Below, in pieces: positions 38,228-47,782 of a stretch of 64,000 nucleotides of DNA. A program made the position numbers and the translations under genes. The notes beneath the pieces were generated by a model. The model did not search any database. It was not told the origin of the DNA and was given only the letters and a program-made list of their open reading frames with translations. This DNA is from Deltaproteobacteria bacterium (GTDB lineage Bacteria; Myxococcota_A; UBA9160; SMWR01). The stretch spans positions 2,263 through 66,262 of the forward strand of contig JAQBGU010000024.1 of assembly GCA_032128375.1 (NCBI GenBank), in the 5' to 3' direction. The stretch's first letter is position 1, and every line of letters begins with the position of its first letter.

Positions 38228-38923
38228 CTACGGAAGCTCCGCCTCGGCGCGATCGCGAGCTGCAGCCAGCGCCTCCATCTTCGAACGATCGACCGAGATG
38301 AACAGCCCGGTGGCTTCGGCGGTGACGACATCCCCGGCTCGCACGCAGCCTTCCGTGAATATCTTGCGACCTTCGATTCGCAGCAGTCTCGCCTCGAAGA
38401 CCAATTCGAACCGTAGCGGTGTCGGCTTCAGGTACTTGACCGTGAGCGCGCCTGTCATTCCGGGGCTACCACCGAGGGATTGAACGAACCCCAACACCTC
38501 GTCGAATGCTGCGGCAATGAACCCCCCGTGCACACAACCCGGGGGGCCCTCGTACGCGGAACCGAACGTCACGACACCCTGAGCGGTCATGTCGCCCGAC
38601 TTGCCGATACGGATCGGAGGAGCGAGTGGGTTGGCCAGACCGATCAATGGGCTCTGATCGAAAAACGCGCCCACATCTCCGGCGTTCGCGGACTCCGGCG
38701 AACCGGAGACGCGCCGCAGTCGAGGATGTGCGGACAGCGCATCGGCATATCGCTCCAACCCCTCGGCGGCAAGGCGTAGCTCGTCTTCGGGAGCATTACT
38801 GGGGACGAGACGCTCGATGACCAGCCGCATGGCTGCCGCTAGACGGCGCTTCTGGCCCCATGCTCCCGTGGCGTTGGTTGGGTTCCAATGCGCTGCGGCC
38901 GAAATCTGCTCGTCTTCTTTCAT
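38228..38923 (-). CDS. PaaI family thioesterase
   Basis: SPLIG.ANPLAPP, YEGPPGCVHGG..AA.FDE, Y.KPTPL. Confidence 0.9.
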   Translation of the reverse strand: MKEDEQISAAAHWNPTNATGAWGQKRRLAAAMRLVIERLVPSNAPEDELRLAAEGLERYADALSAHPRLRRVSGSPESANAGDVGAFFDQSPLIGLANPLAPPIRIGKSGDMTAQGVVTFGSAYEGPPGCVHGGFIAAAFDEVLGFVQSLGGSPGMTGALTVKYLKPTPLRFELVFEARLLRIEGRKIFTEGCVRAGDVVTAEATGLFISVDRSKMEALAAARDRAEAELP

Positions 38924-39149
38924 GCTCGCGAACCGGGCGTGCCCGGCCCTCCTCCTGCGCGCCGCGGCTTCCGGCGCGATCTCACGTCTTGACTCCGATG
39001 AGGAAAATACTACCTGACTGGGGCGAACCCGCTTCGCGGGTTGCCCGCAACCACTCGAAATCAATCGAATGAACCCTTTCAACGCAGCACTTTCGATTCA
39101 AAATTTTTCAGCCAGACACTCAACTCCAAAAAAAGGGGGACCAAACCAA

Positions 39150-40208
39150 ATGGAGAGCACGGGAATGCCTGGAACCTCGTCTGGCTACATCGCCGGGCCT
39201 TGGGTCGACGCATTCTTCTTGATCGGCGCGCCGCTGGTCGCCATCGTGATGTTCATTCCGTTTGGGGTGAGCCCGGCGGCCTTCTACCCGATCCCCGATT
39301 TTCACTTCGGCGGGTTCGTTGCGGATGGGTTCATTACAGCGGTGATCTTTGCGCATCTCGGGCTCGTCTTCTTTCGCAGTCATCTGAACACGACGATCTT
39401 TCGCAAGCACCGATATCGCTTCGTGGGGGCGCCGCTCCTGTTATTCGCATGCGTCTATACCTCTACGTGGGCGTTGCTATTGGTGGGAGTGCTCGCGACG
39501 TGGTGGGACGTCTACCACTCGAGCATGCAGACTTTCGGAATAGGGCGTCTCTACGATCTTCGCGCCGGCAACGATCCCGAAGTCGGACGCCGGCTGGACC
39601 GCATCTGGAGCCTGCTCCTGTACGCTGGACCGATCTTGGCCGGTGCGTCGCTGGTCATTCATCTCGATGACTTCTACACGTTCGAGCGGGTGGGGTCTTC
39701 GCTGTTTGTTGGCACGCCAGCGGTTGCATTGGGCTACGCGCGCTATCTGACCTACGCGGTGATGGGTTTCGGAAGCGTCTTCACCGTCTACTTCATCTAT
39801 AGCTACTGGCTTCTGTCCAAACAGGGGTATCGGATCTCGCCGCAAAAGGTCGCGCTATACGCGATTCTAGCTGCCGTCTCGATCGTCTGTTGGGGGTTCA
39901 ACTCGTACGCCGAAGCATTCTTCGTAATGAATTTCTTTCATGCGCTCCAGTATTTCTTCATCGTGTGGTACACCGAGGAGGGTAATATCACGAGGAAGCT
40001 CGGACTCGAAAGATTCGCGCTGGGCCGTTACATCGCCATGATGGTCTTTGTGCTGACGGCGACGTGCTTCGGAGTCTGGTCGACGGGCTACTGGCTCGGC
40101 CCGGATTCCTCTCTGCAGTTGTTCGAGGCCACGCTCTTGGTCGTTTCGATCATGCACTTCTGGTACGACGGATTCATCTGGTCGATTCGTCGCAAGGAGT
40201 TCTCGTGA
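39150..40208 (+). CDS. Uncharacterised multi-TM protein with conserved-looking His motifs
   Basis: AGGGGG RBS; about 9 TMs; FAH, VYHSSMQTFG, FFHALQY, MHFWYDGFIW. Confidence 0.8.
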   Translation: MESTGMPGTSSGYIAGPWVDAFFLIGAPLVAIVMFIPFGVSPAAFYPIPDFHFGGFVADGFITAVIFAHLGLVFFRSHLNTTIFRKHRYRFVGAPLLLFACVYTSTWALLLVGVLATWWDVYHSSMQTFGIGRLYDLRAGNDPEVGRRLDRIWSLLLYAGPILAGASLVIHLDDFYTFERVGSSLFVGTPAVALGYARYLTYAVMGFGSVFTVYFIYSYWLLSKQGYRISPQKVALYAILAAVSIVCWGFNSYAEAFFVMNFFHALQYFFIVWYTEEGNITRKLGLERFALGRYIAMMVFVLTATCFGVWSTGYWLGPDSSLQLFEATLLVVSIMHFWYDGFIWSIRRKEFS

Positions 40209-40522
40209 GCGGGTGGCTCCGAGCGGTACTCACGAGCATCGCGGTGCTTGCTGGCGTGTCGCCGCTCTTGTGGGTGACTGCGAGTGAGTACCTAATCCTG
40301 GCACACGCCGATGAGATCCGAAGCGATCGCCAGTCGCTGATCGAGCGCGCCAACGATCTGGTTCGCAGGGGTGCCATGGAAGAGGTGGGCGCGCTGGTTC
40401 GCGAAACCCGAGAACGCCACCCCGATGACGACGCGCTCGCCCGCGAACTCTCGATGATCTTGCTCCAGGGCGCCCACAAACAGTCGGGCGCCGGCCCACC
40501 AGCGCTCGGCATTCCACACTGA
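40205..40522 (+). CDS. Small membrane-anchored helical protein
   Basis: GTGA overlap with upstream gene; N-terminal TM, TPR-like helices. Confidence 0.55.
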   Translation: MSGWLRAVLTSIAVLAGVSPLLWVTASEYLILAHADEIRSDRQSLIERANDLVRRGAMEEVGALVRETRERHPDDDALARELSMILLQGAHKQSGAGPPALGIPH

Positions 40523-40612
40523 CCGGGCCATTCAAGCCGGCGCACGCTCCCCAGGAGTCCGGGCTAGCATCCTCGGGGCCGGCCGCGCAGTCGGCGATCT
40601 GGGAGACGTGTG

Positions 40613-41398
40613 ATGCTGTTGAAAGAAAAAGTGGTGATCGTGTCCGGCATCGGCCCGGGACTGGGCCAGGAACTCGCGTTTGCTTCGGCCCGGGAAGGGG
40701 CCCGGGTCGTGCTCGCTGCGCGCACACAAGGCTTCCTTGACGAGATCGAAGCGAAGCTTCGCGAGGCCGATACCGAAACACTCGCGGTGTCGACCGATAT
40801 TGCCGACCGCGCTCAATGCAAGGCGCTGGTCGACGCGACGATCGCAAAGTTTGGCGGTGTGGATGTATTGATCAACAGCGCCTACACGCCCGGTCGGTTC
40901 GCGCTCTTCGAAGACAGTGATCTCGACGACTGGCGCAAGACGATGGAAGTGAACCTGTTCGGTTCATTGAACCTGAGCCAGGAGGTCGTTCCGCACATGA
41001 AGAAGCGCGGCGGCGGATCGATCGTGATGGTCAACTCCATGGTCCAGAAAAAGCCGATCGACTACCAGTCGGGTTACGCGACATCCAAAGGTGCGCTCAG
41101 CGCGGCGGCGAAAATGCTCGCCAAGGAGCTCGGTCGCTACAAGATCCGCGTGAACTCGGTCTTCATGGGTTGGATGTGGGGACCACCCGTCGAAGGCTTT
41201 GTCAACGGCAGCGCCAAGAGCCGCGGCATCACAGCCGAAGAAGTGGTATCGGAAATCACCGGGGCGATCCCGCTCGGCTTCATTCCCGATGATTCCGATT
41301 GCGCGAACGCAGTCATGTTCTTCGCGTCGGACATGTCACGGGTCATTACCGGGGCCGGACTCGACGTGAATGGCGGTGAGTTCATGCCGCCTGCTTGA
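40613..41398 (+). CDS. SDR family oxidoreductase
   Basis: SGIGPGLG, INSA, YATSK. Confidence 0.92.
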   Translation: MLLKEKVVIVSGIGPGLGQELAFASAREGARVVLAARTQGFLDEIEAKLREADTETLAVSTDIADRAQCKALVDATIAKFGGVDVLINSAYTPGRFALFEDSDLDDWRKTMEVNLFGSLNLSQEVVPHMKKRGGGSIVMVNSMVQKKPIDYQSGYATSKGALSAAAKMLAKELGRYKIRVNSVFMGWMWGPPVEGFVNGSAKSRGITAEEVVSEITGAIPLGFIPDDSDCANAVMFFASDMSRVITGAGLDVNGGEFMPPA

Positions 41399-41476
41399 AA
41401 TCGGACGGTGATACGAACAGACTGGTACATAACGATGTGTCACAGACAGAAGCGAACAGGCTACGGGAGTTGAACG

Positions 41477-42310
41477 ATGTCGGAGTACGGAACATTCGAT
41501 GCGATCGGAGTCCAGTTGGAAGATTTCGTCGCGACGGTCGAAATTCGGCGCGGTCCCCACAACTATTTCGACAAGGCGATGATCCGCGAGATCGCAGATG
41601 TCTTCGAGGCGTTGGACGACGATCCGAATTGTCGCGCGATCGTGTTGGCCGCAGACGGGAAGTCATTCTGTGCCGGCGCAAGGCTCGCGGGCGGCGGAAT
41701 CCGAAGCGAAAGCCCGCCCAGTACGGGCAGCGTCGGGCAGGAATCTTCGTCCGAGACGGCTTTCCGACGCGATTCGGGCGGACTGTATCGCGAGGCGATC
41801 CGGTTGTTCCGCGCGCGAACACCCGTGGTGGCAGCCGTTCACGGGGCGGCGATCGGTGGCGGATTGGGTCTCGCACTGGTGGCCGATTTTCGTGTGACCT
41901 GCCCCGAGGCGCGCTTCGCGGCGAATTTCGCCCAACTCGGCTTTCACCCGGGTTTCGGGCTCTCGGTCACCTTGCCCGAGCTGGTCGGTCGCAGCCAGGC
42001 GATGCGTCTCGCGTTGACGGGACGTCGGATCAAGGGTGAGGAAGCGCTCGCGATCGGACTGGCTGACCGACTGGTTTCGCGCGACGAAGTGCGCGCTAGC
42101 GCACTCGAGATGGCGCGCGAAATCGCGGCGTCGGCACCGCTGGCCGTCGAGTCGATTCGCGCGACACTTCGCCGCGGCCTGGCGGATCGTGTTCAGGAAA
42201 TCCTGGAACACGAACTCACCGAGCAGGAGCGATTGATCCAGACCCAGGATGCCAAAGAAGGTATCCGCGCAACTGCCGAGCGTCGCCCTCCGGTGTTTGC
42301 GCGTAGTTAG
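41477..42310 (+). CDS. Enoyl-CoA hydratase/isomerase
   Basis: SFCAGA, GAAIGGGLGLALVAD, GFHPGFG. Confidence 0.92.
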   Translation: MSEYGTFDAIGVQLEDFVATVEIRRGPHNYFDKAMIREIADVFEALDDDPNCRAIVLAADGKSFCAGARLAGGGIRSESPPSTGSVGQESSSETAFRRDSGGLYREAIRLFRARTPVVAAVHGAAIGGGLGLALVADFRVTCPEARFAANFAQLGFHPGFGLSVTLPELVGRSQAMRLALTGRRIKGEEALAIGLADRLVSRDEVRASALEMAREIAASAPLAVESIRATLRRGLADRVQEILEHELTEQERLIQTQDAKEGIRATAERRPPVFARS

Positions 42311-42439
42311 TTCCTGTTGCAAACATTCACAATTTGCAGTCGCTTTGGTTCGTTCCGAATAACACATAATTGTGAATATGCGGGCTGAACGTCGAGTTCA
42401 GAGCGGGTTCCGCCGTCCCGCGTGCGCGAGGCGCATTTC

Positions 42440-42857
42440 AAGTCTGGCGATGCGGGACGGATTCAGCAGCGACTGAGGGGATCGGCAGGTTGTGGGCAAA
42501 GATGCTGGTTCCGATCGTCGACTGAAAGTGAGCCCGGCCGTTCGTTTCAAGAAAGAGATCGATCCTTCCAAACCGGCGGAAGCTCTGGGCGTGGCGGAAG
42601 ATGGGATCGTGTTCGCGCTCGATCTGATCTGCGGTTCGCTTTCCTTGGCGATGGAAACGGTCTCGATGCGCCGTGCAAGCTTCTCGATCGTCTCCTTTCG
42701 AAGTAGCCCTTGTCTGCAGCGAGGCGGGTGGGATCGCTACCAAACAACGATCGATGAGAGACGAGTGCCGGCTCGAGCAACGCCGGCTCGACGGGCCTCT
42801 TCTCGGAGACATCGTAGTCGGCGATGAACTTCTCTTTCGCCTGCTGGACCTGGATCA
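42440..42857 (-). pseudogene. Frameshifted C-terminal fragment of a DDE transposase (ISNCY/IS5-like)
   Basis: Pieces in different frames: IQVQQAKEKFIADYDV...LLEPAL, LAADKGYF, REHDPIFRHAQSFR, AGLEGSISFLKR. Confidence 0.7.
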
Positions 42858-42867
42858 GTAAACCTTG

Positions 42868-44678
42868 CTAGAGTCCTTGACCAAGGTTTACGTTGACAAA
42901 TGCGTCAAGTTTAGGCGGCAATTCGATCTTCCCTCCAGATTCGTTCGATCTCATGGTCGACTTTTTCCAGAGCAATGCGCAGACGGGTAGGCTTGGCGGT
43001 ATGGGCATCTGCTGCAACGGAGAGAGTGGGTCGAATCGTTCTCGTGTAGGTTCGGTGAAGCAATAGCGCACAGCGGTAGCCGAGATCGGTGAGCTGGTAT
43101 CGGTGACTCTTTGGGATCCGCTCGATGAGACCATGGAGGCGGAGGCGTCTAAGATCGTAGGTCATGCGGGACTGCTTGAATTCGTCGGGACGGAGGCCGA
43201 GCAGTGGGGCCACGTGTTCGCGAAGGTCTCGATTGGTGAAACCTCGAGGACCGAGTCGGAAGACGAGCAGCGCGGCGAACAGTGCCTGAACGCGCGGATC
43301 TCCGAAACGAAGCCCGGACGCACGTTGCCTGTCGACGACCTGGGGTTGATGGATTTGGTGGAACGCATCTTCTCCGATCGTGCAGTCGTGGCTGATTCGT
43401 TGGACGTTCAATAGACGTCGGTTGGCTTGGAAGCCGACCTCCCGGAGTGCGGGAAGGTTCTGAAGCCGTCTGCCGATGGCGAAGTCGTAGGTGTCGTTGA
43501 TGACGGTCTCGGTGCGCAGAGCACGCCCCTCTTTGTGGTACTGCTTGATCCGGCTGTGCTTGTAATCCACGTGCAGCGACGGGATCACGCCGTCGGTGAT
43601 CACACGCGTTCGAAAGCTCCCGGGTGTGCGACGGATGATCTTGCGATCGAAGAGCAGCTGCACCTGATCAGGACGTCCGAGGTCGAGGTTGTCGCGGAGG
43701 ATCTCCTCGAACAGGACGCGTCCCTGAACGGGACGATCGAGGACCTGGGTCAAAGCGAACTCGGACTGGAGAATCGAGATGTCGTAGCGAAAGCCGGCGC
43801 GTCGATCGCTGGCCGGGAACGGATGGGGGAGACGGCGGAGCCACTTGCGAGCCAGAGCGTCGATCTTGTTCGCCGACAGTCCGTTGCAGATCCGTTGGAG
43901 AGCCTTCGGGTCCTCGCAGGAGAGCACGCCGTTGTCGAGCGCCTCGAACGGGATGGCTCTCTTGGCGAGTTGGCGTTTCGCGTACTCGTGGCCATTGATG
44001 CACAGCTTGGCGTTGTAGGGGAAGTATGAACAGAACTTCAGAAAGAAAGGCCCGAAGTCCTCGTCGACACAGTAGAAGTAGTATTGGTTGACCATCGCTG
44101 TGGAGGAGACCAGCCAGGCGTAGGTCCCGCCGTGTTCGTTGCGTCGTTGCTCGGTGCGGATCACCTTGGCCTTCTCTTGCGCCTTCCCGATGAACAGAAC
44201 CCCTTCGTCCTGTCGGAACTTCCGCAGGTATTTCTGCGCCACGTCGTCTTTGCGATCTCCCTTGCGAAAGGCCACGACCTCGATGCCCTCTTCGTTCGAA
44301 AAGCGTGAGATCGAGTCGACAAACGCTCGTGTCATGGGGGCCATGAGGGCCGAGGAAGCGAAGCGATGCCCGCGGTGCTCCCGGAAGAAGTGCGAAATGC
44401 CGCGCTCACTCTGGAGAATCGGGACGTAGAGATTCAGGTACATCCGATCGATCGCTTCCAGCTCCAGGGTGACGTGCTTGTCCAAGACCTCGCCGGCACT
44501 CACTGCTACCTTCATCTGGGCTCCGATCGTATGGCCCCCCACGGCCTATTGGGCCACCTCCGCTTCGTGCGGTCAATGACGTGGAGCAATCCACTGACGG
44601 TGGGGTCTCGATCGGGGCTCTTCAAACGCTGGAGAACCCTGCAATACACCTTGTCGGTCTGAGGCGGAGCCTCGCTAG
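42868..44678 (-). mobile_element. Candidate rolling-circle-type insertion element bounded by CTAG
   Basis: GCTAG at both boundaries (42867-71, 44674-78), short hairpins inside both ends, single intact ORF, truncated IS fragment on the left. Confidence 0.6.
42911..44515 (-). CDS. Putative transposase/initiator with Rep_trans-like core and C-terminal winged HTH
   Basis: Intact 534-aa ORF, GGAG RBS; ILQSEF, IKQYHKEGRALRTE, and MTYDLRRLRLHGLIERIPKSHRYQLT wHTH; no DDE, HUH or Tyr/Ser recombinase motif recognised. Confidence 0.7.
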   Translation of the reverse strand: MKVAVSAGEVLDKHVTLELEAIDRMYLNLYVPILQSERGISHFFREHRGHRFASSALMAPMTRAFVDSISRFSNEEGIEVVAFRKGDRKDDVAQKYLRKFRQDEGVLFIGKAQEKAKVIRTEQRRNEHGGTYAWLVSSTAMVNQYYFYCVDEDFGPFFLKFCSYFPYNAKLCINGHEYAKRQLAKRAIPFEALDNGVLSCEDPKALQRICNGLSANKIDALARKWLRRLPHPFPASDRRAGFRYDISILQSEFALTQVLDRPVQGRVLFEEILRDNLDLGRPDQVQLLFDRKIIRRTPGSFRTRVITDGVIPSLHVDYKHSRIKQYHKEGRALRTETVINDTYDFAIGRRLQNLPALREVGFQANRRLLNVQRISHDCTIGEDAFHQIHQPQVVDRQRASGLRFGDPRVQALFAALLVFRLGPRGFTNRDLREHVAPLLGLRPDEFKQSRMTYDLRRLRLHGLIERIPKSHRYQLTDLGYRCALLLHRTYTRTIRPTLSVAADAHTAKPTRLRIALEKVDHEIERIWREDRIAA

Positions 44679-44777
44679 TTTCTGATCCATTATCCGACTC
44701 GCGACCGACCTATTGGACTGAAAGTGTCGATTCCGGACTCAACCGACCAATTCGAAACCGTGGACTCATCATTGAAA

Positions 44778-46271
44778 ATGACTTGCATTGATAGTTTCGC
44801 CACTACCGCTACAGCGTTGCGCCGCGCTCTTATCCTCGTCCTGGTCGCCTCCGGCCCCGCTACAGCCGCCGAACTCGACAGCATCGAACCGTCCATCGTT
44901 CGAATTCTGAACTACGCGCAGCAACCCAACTGGTACGCGCCTTGGGACGCCCTGCGCGCGACGCAGCGCTCTGGAAGTGGCTTCATGGTGTCTGGTGGGC
45001 TCATCATGACCAACGCGCATGTTGTGAGCGACTCGCGTCATCTCGTCGTGCACCGCAATGGCGATCCGTCGCCCCATCGTGTGGAGGTTCTCCACGTTGC
45101 GCACGACTGTGACCTCGCTCTGGTGCGCCCTCTCGAGCCCGAGCTGTTTTCCGATGCTCCGGTGCTCCAGTTCGGCGAGCTCCCTTCACTGGGCTCGACG
45201 GTGGTGACCTACGGCTATCCGGCGGGAGGCCGTCACATCGCGTCGACGCGCGGGGTCGTCTCGCGAATCGAAAGTCAACTCTACAGCCACTCGGGGGCCG
45301 ACTCTCACTTGGCGATCCAGACTGACGCTGCAATCAATCCGGGCAGCAGCGGTGGCCCAGTCGTTCAGGACGGTGCAGTAGTGGGCGTCGCGTTCCAAGC
45401 AGCGCAAGACCTTGAGAACGTGGGCTTCTTCATTCCAACGGAGGTGGTGGACCACTTCCTGACCGACGTTGCGGATGGCTCTTACGACGGCTACCCGGAA
45501 TTTGGCATCTCGGTCTCGTCGCTCGAGAGTCCCGCAGCTCGGCGCAAGGCTGGTCTCGCGGCCGACGAGTCTGGAGTGATCGTCGACTTGGTGCTGATCG
45601 GAAACAGTGCGGACGGACTGGTCCAGCCGAAAGACGTGATCTTGGAGGTCGATGGCCACCTCGTTGCCAACGACGGCACGATTGTCCGTGACGGCATGCG
45701 ACTGGGGCTGGGTGTGCTCTTCGACGCGCACCAGACCGGCGACGTGATCAAGCTGCGTCTGCTGCGGGACGGAGTACGGCTGCTGGTTGAAGCCACGATG
45801 GCGCCGCCGTCTCGCCAGTTTCGCCGCTTCGCGAGGGCCTACGATGTGCTCCCCCGCTACTACGTGTACGGGGGGCTCGTCTTCGTCCCCCTTGGCCGCA
45901 ACACACTCGAAACGCTGGGAGAGTCCTGGGCCTCGAGTGACGAGAAGCATCTCCTATACGAGTACCTCCAGCGGTTCTATCACGATCCGACCGCGCTGAC
46001 AGAGGAGCCGGTGCTGATGCTTCGGCGCCTCGATCACCCGGTCAACGCCAACGGCGCCTGGGCGTCGAACCTGGTCGTCAAGCGTGTCAACGGCCGCGCG
46101 ATTGCGTCGCTCGAACAATTGGTCGAGGCCATCGAGAGCCAGCGCGATCGCTACCACCTGCTGGAGTTCGCCTACTACAAGCGCTTCATAGCCCTCGACC
46201 GCGAGGAGGCGGAAAACGCTCACAGAGAAATCCTCGAGCGATACGGGGTCTCGGTGGACCGCCACCTGTGA
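44778..46271 (+). CDS. Exported trypsin-like serine protease with PDZ domains (Deg2/Deg9-like)
   Basis: TNAHVV, DCDLA, DAAINPGSSGGP; RYYVYGGLVF.PL second PDZ. Confidence 0.92.
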   Translation: MTCIDSFATTATALRRALILVLVASGPATAAELDSIEPSIVRILNYAQQPNWYAPWDALRATQRSGSGFMVSGGLIMTNAHVVSDSRHLVVHRNGDPSPHRVEVLHVAHDCDLALVRPLEPELFSDAPVLQFGELPSLGSTVVTYGYPAGGRHIASTRGVVSRIESQLYSHSGADSHLAIQTDAAINPGSSGGPVVQDGAVVGVAFQAAQDLENVGFFIPTEVVDHFLTDVADGSYDGYPEFGISVSSLESPAARRKAGLAADESGVIVDLVLIGNSADGLVQPKDVILEVDGHLVANDGTIVRDGMRLGLGVLFDAHQTGDVIKLRLLRDGVRLLVEATMAPPSRQFRRFARAYDVLPRYYVYGGLVFVPLGRNTLETLGESWASSDEKHLLYEYLQRFYHDPTALTEEPVLMLRRLDHPVNANGAWASNLVVKRVNGRAIASLEQLVEAIESQRDRYHLLEFAYYKRFIALDREEAENAHREILERYGVSVDRHL

Positions 46272-47782
46272 AAGTTGCCCCGCTCGTATTCGTGGGGTTG
46301 GCCGGTGCGCTGATCGCCTGCGCAAACGTCCTACCGGACGGCAAGATGGAGAGCTTCGAAGGCCAGGTCGCGTCGCTCTACGTCACCCATCAGGGCTTCG
46401 ACGAGGACCGGCCGTGGGCAAAGATCAACCCGAGTACCCGCGTGGTGGCAGCGGCGGTGGTCGACGGTGCGCTGCTTACTTCCGCCCACATGATGGAGAA
46501 CGCGACCCTCGTCCAGGCAATGCGGCTCGGGCGGGGAGGCCGCTGGGCTGCGCGGGTCGCCCATTCAGATGCCGAAATCAACTTGGCCCTCGTGACAGTC
46601 GACGACCCGGCTTTCTTCGAGGGGCTTCGTCCGGTCCGCTTCGCGCCGGCGCTGCCGACTGAGGGATTCGTCCGTTCGGTTCGCTGGAAGGACGCCCAGC
46701 TCGAGACGACGGAGAGCCGCATTTCCCGCCTCGAGGTCAGGCGAAACCACTTCAACAACATCGAGCACGCCTTCCTCCGGGTTCGCACTGATGTCGAAGG
46801 AGGGGGTTGGTCGGAGCCCGTGTTCCACGACGGCCTTTTCGCCGGCCTGACCTCTTCGCAGGAGGAGGATCAGCGAGCCTCCATCGTTCCCCCCGAGATC
46901 CTGCGTACCTACGTTGAGACCGCTCGTGGCGGCGACTACCGCGGCTTTGCAAGCCTCGGCGTCGACTGGCAGGTCAACCGAGACGCGGCTCTGTCGACCT
47001 ATCTTGGTTTGGAGGGTCCCCCGCGCGGTGTCGTGATTCGCGCGATGCAGCCCGGTGGCTCTGCCTGCGGTGTGCTTCGGGCCCGCGATGTCTTGCTCTC
47101 TCTCGACGGGTACGAGATCGACGCAGTCGGGAACTACCAACACCCGGTATACGGCAGAATTCGCTTCACCCACATCGCGCTCGACGGTCATCGGCCCGGT
47201 GACATTCTGACCGCACGGGTATTGCGGGACAAGAATATCACCGAACTCCGGATTCAGCTCCGTTCGGACCGTTCGCTGGGCCACCCGATACCGTGGCGTC
47301 GAACTGACGCCGCGCCGCCCTACATCGTCGCAGGCGGCTTCGTCTTTCGCGAGCTGGACGGCAACTTCATTCGCACTTGGGGTACGAAGTGGAAGGAAAG
47401 CGCGCCAATCCACCTGACCTATCTCTTCTATTTCGATAATCACCCGCAGACGGCCGAGCGAAGGCGAGTCGTGCTCATAACCTCGGTACTGCCCGACGCG
47501 TACAACCTCGGCTACCACGACTTGGAGGACCGCATCGTCGAAAGCGTGAACGGTATCCCCGTCGACTCGATTGCAGACGTGCAGAAAGCCTTTGGGTCGC
47601 CGAGCGGAGGGTTTCACACCATCGGCCTCGTACCGAACGGCGGACGGCTGGAGATCGTGCTGGATGCGGAAGAATTCGACGAGGCGACAGACCGAATCCT
47701 GGCCCGCTACAGCATCCCCCAGCCGGTGCGACTCGCACCTGAGCTGTCGCCAGACCTTGGCATCGAGTGCGACGCCTTCTGA
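46268..47782 (+). CDS. Deg-like PDZ protease paralogue with degenerate active site (lipoprotein)
   Basis: GTGA overlap; LIAC lipobox; TSAH, EINLA (D>N), GGGWSEP in place of GxSGGP. Confidence 0.85.
   Translation: MKVAPLVFVGLAGALIACANVLPDGKMESFEGQVASLYVTHQGFDEDRPWAKINPSTRVVAAAVVDGALLTSAHMMENATLVQAMRLGRGGRWAARVAHSDAEINLALVTVDDPAFFEGLRPVRFAPALPTEGFVRSVRWKDAQLETTESRISRLEVRRNHFNNIEHAFLRVRTDVEGGGWSEPVFHDGLFAGLTSSQEEDQRASIVPPEILRTYVETARGGDYRGFASLGVDWQVNRDAALSTYLGLEGPPRGVVIRAMQPGGSACGVLRARDVLLSLDGYEIDAVGNYQHPVYGRIRFTHIALDGHRPGDILTARVLRDKNITELRIQLRSDRSLGHPIPWRRTDAAPPYIVAGGFVFRELDGNFIRTWGTKWKESAPIHLTYLFYFDNHPQTAERRRVVLITSVLPDAYNLGYHDLEDRIVESVNGIPVDSIADVQKAFGSPSGGFHTIGLVPNGGRLEIVLDAEEFDEATDRILARYSIPQPVRLAPELSPDLGIECDAF

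Noticed and set aside
37690-38331. 213-aa ORF containing the DNPxY repeats as a bona fide gene
   Set aside because: It overlaps both neighbouring genes out of frame and has no clear RBS; kept only as a hypothesis under the repeat finding.
42911-44515. Reverse transcriptase, Cas/TnpB nuclease or simple MarR regulator
   Set aside because: No YxDD, RuvC or zinc-finger motifs seen; the HTH covers only the C-terminal part of the protein.
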